Source of the DNA: a bacterium
Lineage (GTDB): Bacteria > Myxococcota_A > UBA9160 > SZUA-336
Length of the DNA stretch: 64,000 nucleotides
Reading direction: 5' to 3'
Assembly (NCBI GenBank): GCA_041498295.1
Contig: JBGQIB010000004.1
Span: 8 to 64,007 of the forward strand
The notes below the pieces were generated by a model. The model made no database searches. It worked only from the letters and a program-made list of their open reading frames with translations, and was not told the DNA's origin. Position numbers and translations under genes: made by a program. Below are positions 29,417 through 39,440 of this stretch, in pieces (the stretch's first letter is position 1; each line of letters starts with the position of its first letter).

Positions 29417-31705
29417 TCAGCGCTCTTGGCGGCCGCGCTGTTGTCGCTCGCCACTCTCAGGCTCGGCTAGCTGCAGCTGGGGATCCGCCGAGCGGCTCAG
29501 CCAAGCCGGCGCCCACCAGTTCCACTCGCCGAGGAGCTGCATCGTGGCCGGCACGAGCAGCGCGCGGACCAGGGTGACGTCGAGCGCGATCGCGGCCACC
29601 ATGCCCACGCCGATCTGCTTCACGTAGACGAGGTCGCCGGCGGCGAACGCGCCGATCACCACCAACAGGATCAGCGCCGCGCTCGTGATGATCCGACCCG
29701 TATGCGCGAGGCCGAAGATCACGCTCGCCTGGTTGTCCTGCGTGCGCAGCCACTCTTCGCGGATGCGGGAAAGCAGAAACACCTCGTAGTCCATCGAGAG
29801 GCCGAAGACGACCGCGAACATCACGAGCGGGATGCTCGGGTCGATCCCATCGAGCGGCTCGAAGCCCAATAGCTTCGAGAAGTGGCCGTCCTGGAACACC
29901 CAGACGAGCAGCCCGTAACTCGCGCCGAGTGAGAGCACGTTCATGAGCACGGCCTTGATCGGCACGAGGATCGACCGAAAGGCGAAGAGCAGCATCGCGA
30001 GGTTCCAGCCGATCACGAGCACGGCCGCTATGCGACCGTACTCGCGCAGCGTGACTTTCAGGTCGACCATCTGCGCCGTCGCACCCCCGATCTTCACGTC
30101 GAGGCCCGAGTGCGGAACGTCGCGCACCGCCTCCAGCACCTCGGCCGCAGCCGCCGAGCGCCAAGAGTGCGCGCCCGTCGCGACCAGCAGCGAGCGGTCC
30201 TGGTGAGTCATGCGCGCGAGGCGCGTTGCGACCGGTTCGGTCGTGGCGGCGCGCGCCAGCTCTTCCGGGGTCAGTGCATCGGGGTCGAGCGCGTCGAACG
30301 GCGTGCGCACGCTTCTCACGCCGTCGAGCGCGGCGACGCGGGCCGCATAGGCGCGCAGCAGCCGCAGATTGTGTGGCTCGAGCGGCGCGCCGGCGGTCGC
30401 CACGATGACTTGCATCGCGGAGGCGCCGCCTGGATCGAAACGCTCCGCGTCGCCGAGCGCCTCGTCGACGCGCCTCACCTCGGAGCCGCGCGGGAAGATG
30501 CGCGCGTCGGGCAACACGCTGCGCATGCGCAGCACGGGGCTCGCCGTCGCCAAGAGCAGCGCGACCGAGACCAACGCCGTCGCGACCGGATGGCGCATCG
30601 ACAGCTCGCCAATTCGCACCCAGAAGGGACTCGACCCGCCCGCTTCCGGCACACTTCCGAGCGACCAGCGATTGACGTTGGGCCCGAGCCACGCGAGCAG
30701 GGCGGGCAGCAGCAGGAGCGCCCCCGCGAGCGCAGTCGCCGACGCGAGCACGCCTCCGAGGGCGACGCTGCGCAGGATCGCGACGGGCACCCCGAGCAGC
30801 ACGATCAAGCTGACCATGACCGCGAGCCCCGACACGAAGATCGCGCGGCCTGCCGTATCGAGCGCGGTGACCACGGCCGCGCGCGTCGAGACGCCGCGCG
30901 CGAGCTCCTCGCGGAAGCGCTGCACCAGCAGCAGCGAGTAGTCGATCGAGAGCCCCAGCCCGAGAAAGGCGGCTACGTTCAGCGCGAAGAGCGCGATCTC
31001 GATGAAGTTCGAGCCGAGTCGCACGATCGCGGCGGAGCTGGCGAGCGCGAACGCGCCGATCGCGATCGGGAGTAGCGCCGCCACGACGCCGCGGAAGAAC
31101 AGCAGCGTGAGCATGGCCGCGATCGGCAGGGCGATTTCCTCGGCGTAGGCGATGTCGGCCGCGGCGATTTCTTGCGCGGCGAGCGAGGCCGCCACGTGCC
31201 CACCGATCGCTACCTCGATCGGCGGCTGGACGTGCCGGAGCTGTGACTCGATGCGCGGCAGGGTGCGCAGCTTGTCGGCGTTGCTGCCCGCGAGCGAGAC
31301 GATCACGAGCGCTTCGTGGCCATCGCGCGAGACGAGGCTCGCGTCCGCCGTGTCGAAGTACGACGAGGTGCCGACGACGCCCGAGCTCGCGAGCAGTCCG
31401 TCGGTGAGATCGAGGACCCAGGATCCGAAGTGCACGTTGCGCACGTCGGCGCGGGGATCGCGATACAGCGCGAGCACGTCGGCGGAGCCGATCCCGAAGT
31501 GTCTCTCCGCTTCCTTTACCGCGAGATCGGACTCGCTGCCGGGAACCTCGAAGCCGCCGGCTGGAAGGTGCTCCGCGGCGGACGCGCCATAGAGCGCGGC
31601 GATCGCGAGCAGCAGCGCGAACGCCGCCAACACCGAACCCGGCCGATCCGCGATCCAGGCCCCGAGCCGGGCGAGGGGAGAGTCGAGCGAAGCGTCGGCG
31701 CGCAT
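29417..31705 (-). CDS. MMPL/RND-superfamily exporter
   Basis: 762 aa with two 6-helix bundles separated by periplasmic loops. 'MMPL' pattern. Confidence 0.8.
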   Translation of the reverse strand: MRADASLDSPLARLGAWIADRPGSVLAAFALLLAIAALYGASAAEHLPAGGFEVPGSESDLAVKEAERHFGIGSADVLALYRDPRADVRNVHFGSWVLDLTDGLLASSGVVGTSSYFDTADASLVSRDGHEALVIVSLAGSNADKLRTLPRIESQLRHVQPPIEVAIGGHVAASLAAQEIAAADIAYAEEIALPIAAMLTLLFFRGVVAALLPIAIGAFALASSAAIVRLGSNFIEIALFALNVAAFLGLGLSIDYSLLLVQRFREELARGVSTRAAVVTALDTAGRAIFVSGLAVMVSLIVLLGVPVAILRSVALGGVLASATALAGALLLLPALLAWLGPNVNRWSLGSVPEAGGSSPFWVRIGELSMRHPVATALVSVALLLATASPVLRMRSVLPDARIFPRGSEVRRVDEALGDAERFDPGGASAMQVIVATAGAPLEPHNLRLLRAYAARVAALDGVRSVRTPFDALDPDALTPEELARAATTEPVATRLARMTHQDRSLLVATGAHSWRSAAAAEVLEAVRDVPHSGLDVKIGGATAQMVDLKVTLREYGRIAAVLVIGWNLAMLLFAFRSILVPIKAVLMNVLSLGASYGLLVWVFQDGHFSKLLGFEPLDGIDPSIPLVMFAVVFGLSMDYEVFLLSRIREEWLRTQDNQASVIFGLAHTGRIITSAALILLVVIGAFAAGDLVYVKQIGVGMVAAIALDVTLVRALLVPATMQLLGEWNWWAPAWLSRSADPQLQLAEPESGERQQRGRQER

Positions 31706-31891
31706 TCAGATCTCCTGCCCTTCTTGCGCCCGTCGGCGCGCGGACGCTCGAGGTGGTCGGGAAGCGCCTCGTCGTCGGGACAAGTTCTACAAAATTCCCG
31801 GCCGGAGTCGCGCCCGAGCGCGCGCGAAGGGTCGGCGCTGGCTCCATTCTTGCTCTGAGATGGGAGTCACAACTCCGCAAGGGAACCCGGT

Positions 31892-32083
31892 ATGCCCCTG
31901 GTGCACATCATTCTCGTCCTGATCGTCGTCGGCGTGCTGCTCTGGCTCGTCAACAACTACATCCCGATGGACGGCAAGATCAAGAACATCCTCAACGGCG
32001 TGGTCGTGATCGTCGTGGTGCTGTGGCTGCTGAACGTCTTCGGGCTGCTCTCCGGACTCTCCGGCATCCGCGTCGGGAGCTGA
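31892..32083 (+). CDS. Small (63 aa) two-helix membrane protein
   Basis: 'MPLVHIILVLIVVGVLLWLVNNYIPMDGKIKNILNGVVVIVVVLWLLNVFGLL'. Lower GC than its neighbours. Confidence 0.5.
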   Translation: MPLVHIILVLIVVGVLLWLVNNYIPMDGKIKNILNGVVVIVVVLWLLNVFGLLSGLSGIRVGS

Positions 32084-32103
32084 GCTCCGAGCGGATCGAG
32101 TCA

Positions 32104-32133
32104 GCGCCCGCGGCCGCACTCGGCGCGTTTGCG
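32104..32133 (+). terminator. Hairpin (GCGCC..GGCGC enclosing the GCGGCCGC palindrome) followed by GTTTGCGATT, downstream of the small membrane-protein gene and between convergent genes
   Basis: An inverted repeat plus a short T-run is seen directly. This is a weak prediction. Confidence 0.3.
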
Positions 32134-32147
32134 ATTCCGGTGTCGCT

Positions 32148-32933
32148 CTAGCCGCCCGCCGCCGGGCGCGAGCCGCCTTCGATCCGGCCGAGCAAGCGCA
32201 GTAGCCCGTCCAGAATCGTGATCGGGTGGGGCGGACAGCCGGGGATGTAGAGATCGACCGGCACGACTGCGCTCGCGCCGTTCAGCACCTCGGGATGATC
32301 GATGTACGGGCCCCCCGAGATCGCGCACGCGCCCACGGCGATGACGAGCTTCGGCGCCGGCACCGCGGCCCAGGTCTTTTCCAGCGCGAGCCGCATGTTC
32401 TGACTCACCGCGCCCGTGATGAGCAGGCCGTCGGCGTGGCGCGGCGAAGCGACGAACGAGATGCCGAAACGCCCGAGGTCGAAGACCACGGTGCTCAGCA
32501 CGTTCACGTCGGCCTCGCACGCGTTGCAGCCGCCCGCGGAGACCTGGCGGAGCTTCAGAGAGCGGCCGAACAGGCGACGCATCTTAGTGTCGAGCGCGTC
32601 GGCGAGGCGCAAGGTCTCGTCGCGCAAGACCAGCGCTTCGCGTGTGCGCGTCGCGACCCGCCAGTCGCGCGTGAACTCGATCGCGCCTTCAGGGCACGCC
32701 TCGACGCAGTCCGTGCAGAAGAGACATTTGCCGAGATCCAGCTTCGGCCCCGCCTCGTCCGTGCTGAGCGCACCTGTCGGGCAGGCGTCGATGCAGGCGC
32801 GGCAGCCGTCGCGGCAGCGCGCGAAGTCGAGGGCCGGCGCGCCGCGCAGCCGGTCGGGAAGCCCCGGCTCGGCGTCGGGAAACGCGATCGTGCGCATTCC
32901 CTGAGCCCAGCGTGTGCGAAGGATCCTCCACAT
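32148..32933 (-). CDS. Fusion protein of a NuoI/HycF-like 2x[4Fe-4S] ferredoxin with a NuoB/HycG-like small subunit (Ehr/Hyf-type complex)
   Basis: ATG at 32933 with GGAGAA upstream. 'CRDGCRACIDACP' and 'CLFCTDCVEACP' are two ferredoxin motifs. 'GGCNACEADV', 'GACAISGGP' and 'IPGCPP' are the NuoB-type cluster ligands. Confidence 0.75.
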   Translation of the reverse strand: MWRILRTRWAQGMRTIAFPDAEPGLPDRLRGAPALDFARCRDGCRACIDACPTGALSTDEAGPKLDLGKCLFCTDCVEACPEGAIEFTRDWRVATRTREALVLRDETLRLADALDTKMRRLFGRSLKLRQVSAGGCNACEADVNVLSTVVFDLGRFGISFVASPRHADGLLITGAVSQNMRLALEKTWAAVPAPKLVIAVGACAISGGPYIDHPEVLNGASAVVPVDLYIPGCPPHPITILDGLLRLLGRIEGGSRPAAGG

Positions 32934-32950
32934 GACCGTTCTCCGACGAC

Positions 32951-34444
32951 CTAGAGGTCGAACCCGCAGTAGGAGAGGTTGAAGCTCTTGTTGCAGAGCG
33001 GGAAGTCCGAGATCTGCTGACCGCGCATGGCGAGCGCGACGCCCATCCAGTTGTGAAACGACGGGTCGACGACCTTGTAGCCGGCGAGGCGCCCCGTCGC
33101 GTCCGTCCAGCCCACGTGACAGATCTCGCCACGCCAACCCTCGACGAGCGAGACACAGAGCTGATCGGGCGCGAGTGACTCGCAGCTCGCGCGCGGCTCG
33201 CCCGCCGGCAAGCTCGCGAGCTGCTCGAGCGCGAACTCGGCCGAGCGGCGGATCTCGAGCCAACGCACGTAGGCGCGCGCGAACACGTCGCCGGAGTGCC
33301 ACGTCGCCGTCGGGATTTGCGCGACCCGGAACATGCCGGTCGGGTGGGTCGTGCGGATGTCGAGCGGCACACCGCAGGCGCGTGCGGCCGGGCCGACGAG
33401 ACCGATCTCCTCGGCCTGCTCGCGCGATAGGCGTCCTGTATCCTCGAAGCGCGACATCACCGACGGCGTGTCCCAGAGCAGGTCCGCGGCGGCGCCGACT
33501 TCGGCGACCGCAGTTCGGACGGCCTCGACCATGCGCTGCGCGCGCTTCGCGTCGACATCGAAGCCCACGCCGCCGGGGCGCACGAGGCTGCGCCCGAAAC
33601 GGTTCCCGCACAGCTCCGCCGAGAGGTTCAGCCAGTCGCCGCGCAACCGACCGCAGAATGCCGCGGTCGGCAGGAAGCCGACGTCGCCGGCGAGCGCACC
33701 CAGATCGCCGGTGTGATTCGCCACGCGCTCGAGCTCGAGTGCGACGGCGCGAAGCGCGTGCGCGCGCGCGGAGACCGGGCAATCGGACAACGCCTCGAGG
33801 ATCTGAACGTAGGCGGTGGCGTGACCAATCGTCGTGTCGCCCGCGAGTGTCTCGAAGTAGTGCAGCCGCCGCCGCTCCGCGCCTTCGAGAATCGCGCGCT
33901 CCACGCCGCGGTGCTGATAGCCGAGGGAGATCTCGAGATGCAGCACGCTCTCGCCGTGACACTGGAAGCGGAAGTGACCCGGCTCGATGACGCCCGCGTG
34001 CACCGGCCCGACGGCGACCTCGTGCACTTCCTCGCCCTCGACTCGATAGAAGTCCGCAATGCCGATCGGCGCAGGCGTTCCCGCTCGCGGCGGATAGCGC
34101 ACGGGCTTTCGCCACGGGTGCCCGTCGGGCTCGAGGCCGTACTGCTCGAAGATCTCGCGCTCGAACAGGTGGACACTCGGCAGGGATGGAGTCAGTGAGG
34201 GAAACGAGTGAGTCAGCGGCAGGCTCCGGCCGAGGCGGATCGAGCCGTCGCGGTCGGACGCGAGCGCGGCGACGAGTGAGACGCCGCCCGGTTCGCGCGT
34301 CCCGAAGAGCGCCGCCACGCGCTCGCCGCGTCGAACGCCTGCGAGCGTCGCGGCCTGAAGATCCGCGAGCTCTACGCACGGGACGTTGGCGATAGGAACC
34401 GCGCTGCCGCTCTGCGCGCGAAGAAAGGCGGTGGCTGCACTCAC
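32951..34444 (-). CDS. NuoC-NuoD / HycE-like fused 'large subunit' that lacks both Ni-Fe-binding CxxC motifs (hydrogenase-related, non-hydrogenase)
   Basis: GTG at 34444 overlaps the upstream TGA (GTGA). N-terminal 30-kDa-subunit-like block 'LFEREIFEQYGLEP'. The 49-kDa-like body carries 'ETLAGDTTIGHATAY' where [NiFe] large subunits have RxCGxCxxxH, and 'VDPSFHNWMG' where they have DPCxxCxxH/R. Confidence 0.75.
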   Translation of the reverse strand: MSAATAFLRAQSGSAVPIANVPCVELADLQAATLAGVRRGERVAALFGTREPGGVSLVAALASDRDGSIRLGRSLPLTHSFPSLTPSLPSVHLFEREIFEQYGLEPDGHPWRKPVRYPPRAGTPAPIGIADFYRVEGEEVHEVAVGPVHAGVIEPGHFRFQCHGESVLHLEISLGYQHRGVERAILEGAERRRLHYFETLAGDTTIGHATAYVQILEALSDCPVSARAHALRAVALELERVANHTGDLGALAGDVGFLPTAAFCGRLRGDWLNLSAELCGNRFGRSLVRPGGVGFDVDAKRAQRMVEAVRTAVAEVGAAADLLWDTPSVMSRFEDTGRLSREQAEEIGLVGPAARACGVPLDIRTTHPTGMFRVAQIPTATWHSGDVFARAYVRWLEIRRSAEFALEQLASLPAGEPRASCESLAPDQLCVSLVEGWRGEICHVGWTDATGRLAGYKVVDPSFHNWMGVALAMRGQQISDFPLCNKSFNLSYCGFDL

Positions 34445-35880
34445 CTCTGCCCCTCCACGGCCGAGGCGGCAGCGCGGAACAGCGCGAGCACCGGCTCCGG
34501 AATCCAGACGCCGAGCGCGAGCACCAACACCAAGAGCACCGCGATCGGCGCCACGGCCAGCCACCGGTCGCGATGCGGTTTCGCCGCGACGAGTTCGGGC
34601 GGCTCGCCTTGAACGACCGCGAGCACCGTCTGGCCCATGCCAACGAAGACGACGAGCAGAAGGCCGAGGAACAGCGCGGCCACCCCATAGCGCTCCGCGT
34701 GCATCATCGCGGAGAGGATCGTGAACTCACTCACGAACGTGCCGAACGGCGGGGTGCCGGTGGCTGCAAAGAAGCCCGCGAGAAACAGCGCCGCCGATGC
34801 GGGCAATACGCGCAGCGCGCCGCTTACGTCTGCGGTGCGCTTGCTGCCGAAGGCGCGGTGGAGGTTTCCCGCCGAGAGGAACAGCACGCCTTTCGAGAGT
34901 CCGTTGCTCACGAGGTGAAGCAAAGCGCCGAGGGTTCCGGCGCCGCCGATCGCGATGCCGAGCACGAGGATACCCATGTGCTCCACGCTCGAGTACGCGA
35001 GCATCCGCTTGTAGTCACCCTGTCTCACCATGAATGCGCCGGCGACGGCCATCGAGAACAAGCCGAGAAAGAGCAACGGGCCGCGCGCAAAGTCCGCCTC
35101 GCCGGCGGCCGCGCAGATTTGGAAGAATCGCAGGACCGCCGTGAACGCGCAGCTCGTAAGACCGCCCGCCAGGAGCGCACCGACCAGACCCGGCGCCTCG
35201 CCGTACGCGTCTGGCTTCCAGGTGTGCATGGGCGCGAGCCCCATCTTCGTGCCGTAGCCAACGAGAGCGAGCACGAAGCCCGAGTGGAGCCACGGGCGCG
35301 AGAGCTGGGGCGCGCTCGCGATCATGTCCGGCAGGAGCATCGACGGAGTGACTCCAGCCAGCAGCGCCGAGTACGCCGTGAAGAACGTACCGAGCAGCGC
35401 GAGCGCAATTCCGACCGATCCGATCAGGAGATACTTCCAGGTTGCCTCGATCGAGCGCGCGTTGCGGTTGAAATAGAGCAGCGGGCCGGAGGCGAGCGTG
35501 GTCGCCTCGACGGCGACCCAGAGCAGCCCGAGGTGCTGGGCGCCCGCGATCAGGTTCATCATCGCGAAGAACACCAGCATCACCGAGCAGAAGATCCGGT
35601 TCGGGCGCTCCACGCGCTGCGCCAGATAGCCGGGTGCGTAGGCGGCGCACAGGAAGAACAGCACGGCGAGATAGGTGGCGACGAGGCGGCCGAGCGCGTC
35701 GAGCGCGAGCCACGGGGCGCCGAACCCGCTGCCACGCCCGAGCAACTCGAGTGCGACGAGACCGAGCTGTGTCGCGCCCGCAGCGGGCAACAGCCACGGA
35801 CGCACCCGCTCCGACGGCGTGGCAAAGGCGAGCGCCGCGAAGGCGAGCGGCACGAGCACCAGCCAGGGCGCCACACTCAC
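34441..35880 (-). CDS. NuoN/NuoM/HyfF-like proton-pumping antiporter subunit
   Basis: 479 aa with about 14 helices. The MrpD/NuoN family blocks 'GLAPMHTWKPDAYGEAP' and 'YSSVEHMG' are conserved. Confidence 0.75.
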   Translation of the reverse strand: MSVAPWLVLVPLAFAALAFATPSERVRPWLLPAAGATQLGLVALELLGRGSGFGAPWLALDALGRLVATYLAVLFFLCAAYAPGYLAQRVERPNRIFCSVMLVFFAMMNLIAGAQHLGLLWVAVEATTLASGPLLYFNRNARSIEATWKYLLIGSVGIALALLGTFFTAYSALLAGVTPSMLLPDMIASAPQLSRPWLHSGFVLALVGYGTKMGLAPMHTWKPDAYGEAPGLVGALLAGGLTSCAFTAVLRFFQICAAAGEADFARGPLLFLGLFSMAVAGAFMVRQGDYKRMLAYSSVEHMGILVLGIAIGGAGTLGALLHLVSNGLSKGVLFLSAGNLHRAFGSKRTADVSGALRVLPASAALFLAGFFAATGTPPFGTFVSEFTILSAMMHAERYGVAALFLGLLLVVFVGMGQTVLAVVQGEPPELVAAKPHRDRWLAVAPIAVLLVLVLALGVWIPEPVLALFRAAASAVEGQR

Positions 35881-36518
35881 TCCCGCAGCGAGGTCAAGTG
35901 CTCCGTACTGAGCGACGAGAACTCGCGTTGAATGTGATCCATGATGATGCCCATCACGAAGACGGCGACGAAGAGGTCGAGCAGCACGCCGATCTCGACC
36001 AGGAACGGAATCGCTTCGACGAGGGTAAGCCCGAATACGAAGATTCCGTTCTCGAGCGTCAGATAGCCGATGACCTGCGTGATCGCCTTGCGCCGCGTCG
36101 TCAGCACCAGGAAGCCGGTCAGTACGGTGGCGAACGATGCTGGAACGATCAGGCTCCCTGCATGTTCGTCGAGCAGCGGTAGCGACCGAGAGAACACGAG
36201 CGACAAGCCCGTCGCGAGCGCCCCGAGCACGAGCGACGCGGTAAAGCCGACGAACGGCTCGATCTCACGCCGGATCGAGACGTTGCGCGTCGCACGTCGA
36301 AGGATCGCAGGGATCGCCACCCCCTTCAGCGCCGCGGTCGCGATCGACAACACGAGCACACGCGAGTTGGTCTGTCCGTGCGCCACGAACAGCGCCATGC
36401 CGAGCAAAATGCCCTGCATCCCCGCGAAATGAATCGCCGCGATCAAGCGGCTGGTTCCGAGCATCAAGAAATTCAGCAGCAACACGCCGACGAGCGCGAG
36501 ATCGAGAGTTTCTCCCAA
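35877..36518 (-). CDS. HyfE/hydrogenase-4 component E-like small membrane subunit
   Basis: 213 aa with 6-7 helices. Its size and position between the NuoH-like and NuoN-like genes match hyfE. Confidence 0.6.
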   Translation of the reverse strand: MGETLDLALVGVLLLNFLMLGTSRLIAAIHFAGMQGILLGMALFVAHGQTNSRVLVLSIATAALKGVAIPAILRRATRNVSIRREIEPFVGFTASLVLGALATGLSLVFSRSLPLLDEHAGSLIVPASFATVLTGFLVLTTRRKAITQVIGYLTLENGIFVFGLTLVEAIPFLVEIGVLLDLFVAVFVMGIIMDHIQREFSSLSTEHLTSLRE

Positions 36519-36522
36519 AGCC

Positions 36523-37437
36523 TCACCCCACCAAGAGCATCACGCCGAACGCGCTCAAGAGACTCGCGCCGACGAGCAAACTCGGAATGCGGAGCAGCGG
36601 CAAGCGCGCCATCAGCGACTCGATCAGGCCGACGAGAACCGAGAGCGCGATCAGCTCTGCGAGCGCGACGCCGATCCCGAGCGCTGCGCCGTCGACGTGG
36701 AAAGGCGTCGCGACGCGCACCAGCAAGAGCCCATACGCGAAGAGCTTCAGCGCCGCGCCGTACAAGATGAGTCCGAACGGCGGGCCGCTGTGATCCAGCG
36801 CCATCACTTCGTGAATCATCGTGAGCTCGAGGTGCGTGCTGGGGTCGTCGAACGGAATGCGGCTGTTCTCGGCGAGCAGCACGATCAAGAGCGATAGGGT
36901 GGCTAGACCGAGCGACGGCGCGGCGCGCGCCCAGAGCTCGGGAACCTCAGGCCCGAGCATCGCCCCGAGTGAGTAAGAGCCCGACAGCTTCACGAGCACG
37001 AGCAACGCGAAGAACGCCGCGGGCTCAGCCAGACACGAGAACGTCGCCTCGCGCGAGGCGCCCATGCCCTCGAACGCGGAGCCGGTGTCGAGCGCCGCAG
37101 CGATCGTGAAGAAGCGCCCGAGTCCCAGGAGATACGCGAAGGCGACGAGATCGCCGGGGAACGCGAACAGCGCGCCCCGCGCTCCGATCGGCACGAGCGA
37201 CGCAGCGAGAAGCGCCGTCGCGAGCGAGACGACCGGTCCCGCAAGAAAGACCCAGCTGGTCGTGCGGCTCCGCACCACCCCCTTCTGCAAGAGCCGCGCG
37301 AGGTCGAAGTAGGGCTGAAGGAGCGGCGGTCCGCGTCGACCCGCCATGCGCGCCTTGGTCCGGGCGATCACGCCGAGCATGAGTGGCGGGAAGAAGACGG
37401 GAAGCAGGAGCGCCGCCGCGACGTCTACGAGCGTCAT
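36523..37437 (-). CDS. NuoH/HyfC/HycD-like membrane subunit
   Basis: ATG at 37437 overlaps the upstream TGA (ATGA). 304 aa with NuoH family blocks 'QPYFDLARL' and 'ENSRIPFD'. Confidence 0.75.
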   Translation of the reverse strand: MTLVDVAAALLLPVFFPPLMLGVIARTKARMAGRRGPPLLQPYFDLARLLQKGVVRSRTTSWVFLAGPVVSLATALLAASLVPIGARGALFAFPGDLVAFAYLLGLGRFFTIAAALDTGSAFEGMGASREATFSCLAEPAAFFALLVLVKLSGSYSLGAMLGPEVPELWARAAPSLGLATLSLLIVLLAENSRIPFDDPSTHLELTMIHEVMALDHSGPPFGLILYGAALKLFAYGLLLVRVATPFHVDGAALGIGVALAELIALSVLVGLIESLMARLPLLRIPSLLVGASLLSAFGVMLLVG

Positions 37438-39440
37438 CGAGTCACTCCCGTCACGGCGAGCAGAGCGACGAGCGCGAGCCACACATACAGGAGGTACGCG
37501 TGGACGCTTCCCTGCTGCAGCACGCGAAGTCGGCCTGCGAGCTCCGCTAGCCCGCGCGCCGCGGGCACCACGAGCCGGTCGAGGACAGCATCGAGGACCT
37601 CGCTGTGGAACGTCGCGGGCCCGGGAAAGGTCGCCGCCAACCCCGGAGCGTGGACCCGTGGCCACAGCGCGAACGAGAACACGCGCACGAGCGGCGCGGC
37701 GAACGAGGAGGCCGAGTACTGCATTCGCGCGCTCGGAGCGCCGTAGCCGCAGTCCCAAGTTCCGGCGGCCGCGTGCTCCGCGCGCGCGAGGCGCGCGCGC
37801 AGCGCGAGGCCGATGCCCGCGCAGAGCGCGAGCACTGTGAGTGCGACGAGTGAGAAGGCGGCGAAGGGCGCGGAAAGGCCCGCGAGCGGAGTCCCGAGCG
37901 CGCTCGCCGCAGCCGCCGCGAGCGCGGGCGCGATCGCGAACGGCACGAGTCCGATCGCCGCGCACAGCGACGCGAGCAGCGCCATCGGCACAAGCATCAC
38001 GCCCGGAGCCTCATTCGTTCCGGTCAGCGCCCGCTGTCGCGGAGCGCCGAGAAACACGCTCCCGACGACCTTCGCGAAGCATGCGAGCGCGAGGCCGCCC
38101 GTCAGCGCGAGCGCCGGCGCCCCGAGGGCTGCGAGCACCCACACTGCGCCTCGCCCCGCGGCGACGACGCGCAGCAGTCCGGAGTAGACCAGGACCTCGC
38201 TCACGAAGCCGTTCAGCGGAGGCAGACCGACGATCGCGACGGCGCCGACGAGGAAGAAGCTCGCCGTCGCGGGCATCTCCTTCGCGATCCCGCCGAGCGC
38301 GTCGAGCGAGCGCGTGCCGGTGCGCTGGATGACGGCGCCTGCGCCCAGGAACAAGAGTCCCTTGAAGAGCGCGTGATTCACGACGTGCAGAAGGGCTCCA
38401 CTCATTGCGAGCGCCGCGGTGTCGAGGTCGCCGGCGGAGCGAGCCAGGAGCGCAACGCCGAGCCCGATCGCGATGATTCCGATGTTCTCGACGCTGTGAT
38501 ACGCGAGCAGCCGCTTCAAGTCGTGCTGCGCGAGCGCGTACGCGACTCCAAACACCGCGGATGCGATGCCCGCGACGAGCAGCGTCTCGCCCCACCAGAG
38601 CTGCGCGTCCGGTAGGAGGGAGACGACCCGCGCGATCCCGTAGATCCCCGACTTGATCAGCACGCCGGACAAGAGCGCCGAGACGTGCGTCGGGGCGGCC
38701 GCGTGCGCGGGCGGCAACCAGACGTGCAAAGGCACCAGGCCGGCCTTCAGCCCGAAGCCGACGAGCGCGAGCACGAAGAGCGCCGATTGGATCCCCGGCG
38801 CGATGCCCCCTACACGAACCGGTGTCCACTCGAACGATCCGGTCGCTGCAAAGAACAGCGCGAACAGCGCGAGCAGACAGAGCGTGCTGGCGCGCGTGCT
38901 CACGAGATAGAGAAAACCCGCGTCGCGTACGCCCGCGTCGTGCTCCTCGGCCGTGACGGCGAAGAAGGCGGCGATCGCCATGAGCTCCCAGCCGGCGAGG
39001 AACACCAGAGAGTGTCGCGCGACCAGCACGGAGACGAGGCCGGCGCTCGCGAGCCCGAACGAGACCCGAAGCCGCTCCGCGTTGCGCGGGTGGTCTTTGG
39101 CCGGAAAGTACGCAAGCGAGTAGAGCGCACACGCGGCGCTGAGCACCGCTACGGGAACGAGAAATAGCCCGGACAGCGCGTCGACCCCGACGACGAGCGC
39201 GCCGCCCGGAAAGCCGGCCGCGAACCTGAGTTCGTCGCCGCCGCCGGTGAGCGCAAGGATCGCCGCCGCGAGATCGATGGCGGCGCCCGAGACGAGCACG
39301 GCCACGCCGATTCGATCCGCTCGCCTCGGCCCGGCTCGGCGCGCGCAGAGCGCGGCGAAGCCGCTGGCTCCGATCCCCACGGCGCCGACCAGCGCGAGCA
39401 GCGTCGTCAACGACCGATCACCTCGCGCAGCGAAGCCCAT
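37434..39440 (-). CDS. NuoL/HyfB-like antiporter subunit (paralogue 2)
   Basis: 668 aa, NuoL/MrpA family, with 'LVPLHVWLPPAHAAAPTHVSALL' and 'YHSVENIG'. The ATG at 39440 overlaps the upstream gene by 34 bp. A TTG at 39410 would instead give a TTGA overlap. Confidence 0.75.
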   Translation of the reverse strand: MGFAARGDRSLTTLLALVGAVGIGASGFAALCARRAGPRRADRIGVAVLVSGAAIDLAAAILALTGGGDELRFAAGFPGGALVVGVDALSGLFLVPVAVLSAACALYSLAYFPAKDHPRNAERLRVSFGLASAGLVSVLVARHSLVFLAGWELMAIAAFFAVTAEEHDAGVRDAGFLYLVSTRASTLCLLALFALFFAATGSFEWTPVRVGGIAPGIQSALFVLALVGFGLKAGLVPLHVWLPPAHAAAPTHVSALLSGVLIKSGIYGIARVVSLLPDAQLWWGETLLVAGIASAVFGVAYALAQHDLKRLLAYHSVENIGIIAIGLGVALLARSAGDLDTAALAMSGALLHVVNHALFKGLLFLGAGAVIQRTGTRSLDALGGIAKEMPATASFFLVGAVAIVGLPPLNGFVSEVLVYSGLLRVVAAGRGAVWVLAALGAPALALTGGLALACFAKVVGSVFLGAPRQRALTGTNEAPGVMLVPMALLASLCAAIGLVPFAIAPALAAAAASALGTPLAGLSAPFAAFSLVALTVLALCAGIGLALRARLARAEHAAAGTWDCGYGAPSARMQYSASSFAAPLVRVFSFALWPRVHAPGLAATFPGPATFHSEVLDAVLDRLVVPAARGLAELAGRLRVLQQGSVHAYLLYVWLALVALLAVTGVTR

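Noticed and set aside
32148-34688. 846-aa ORF and calling the cluster a [NiFe] hydrogenase
   Set aside because: The ORF fuses two genes in a shadow frame. The large subunit lacks both CxxC Ni-Fe motifs, so a catalytic hydrogenase annotation is not supported.
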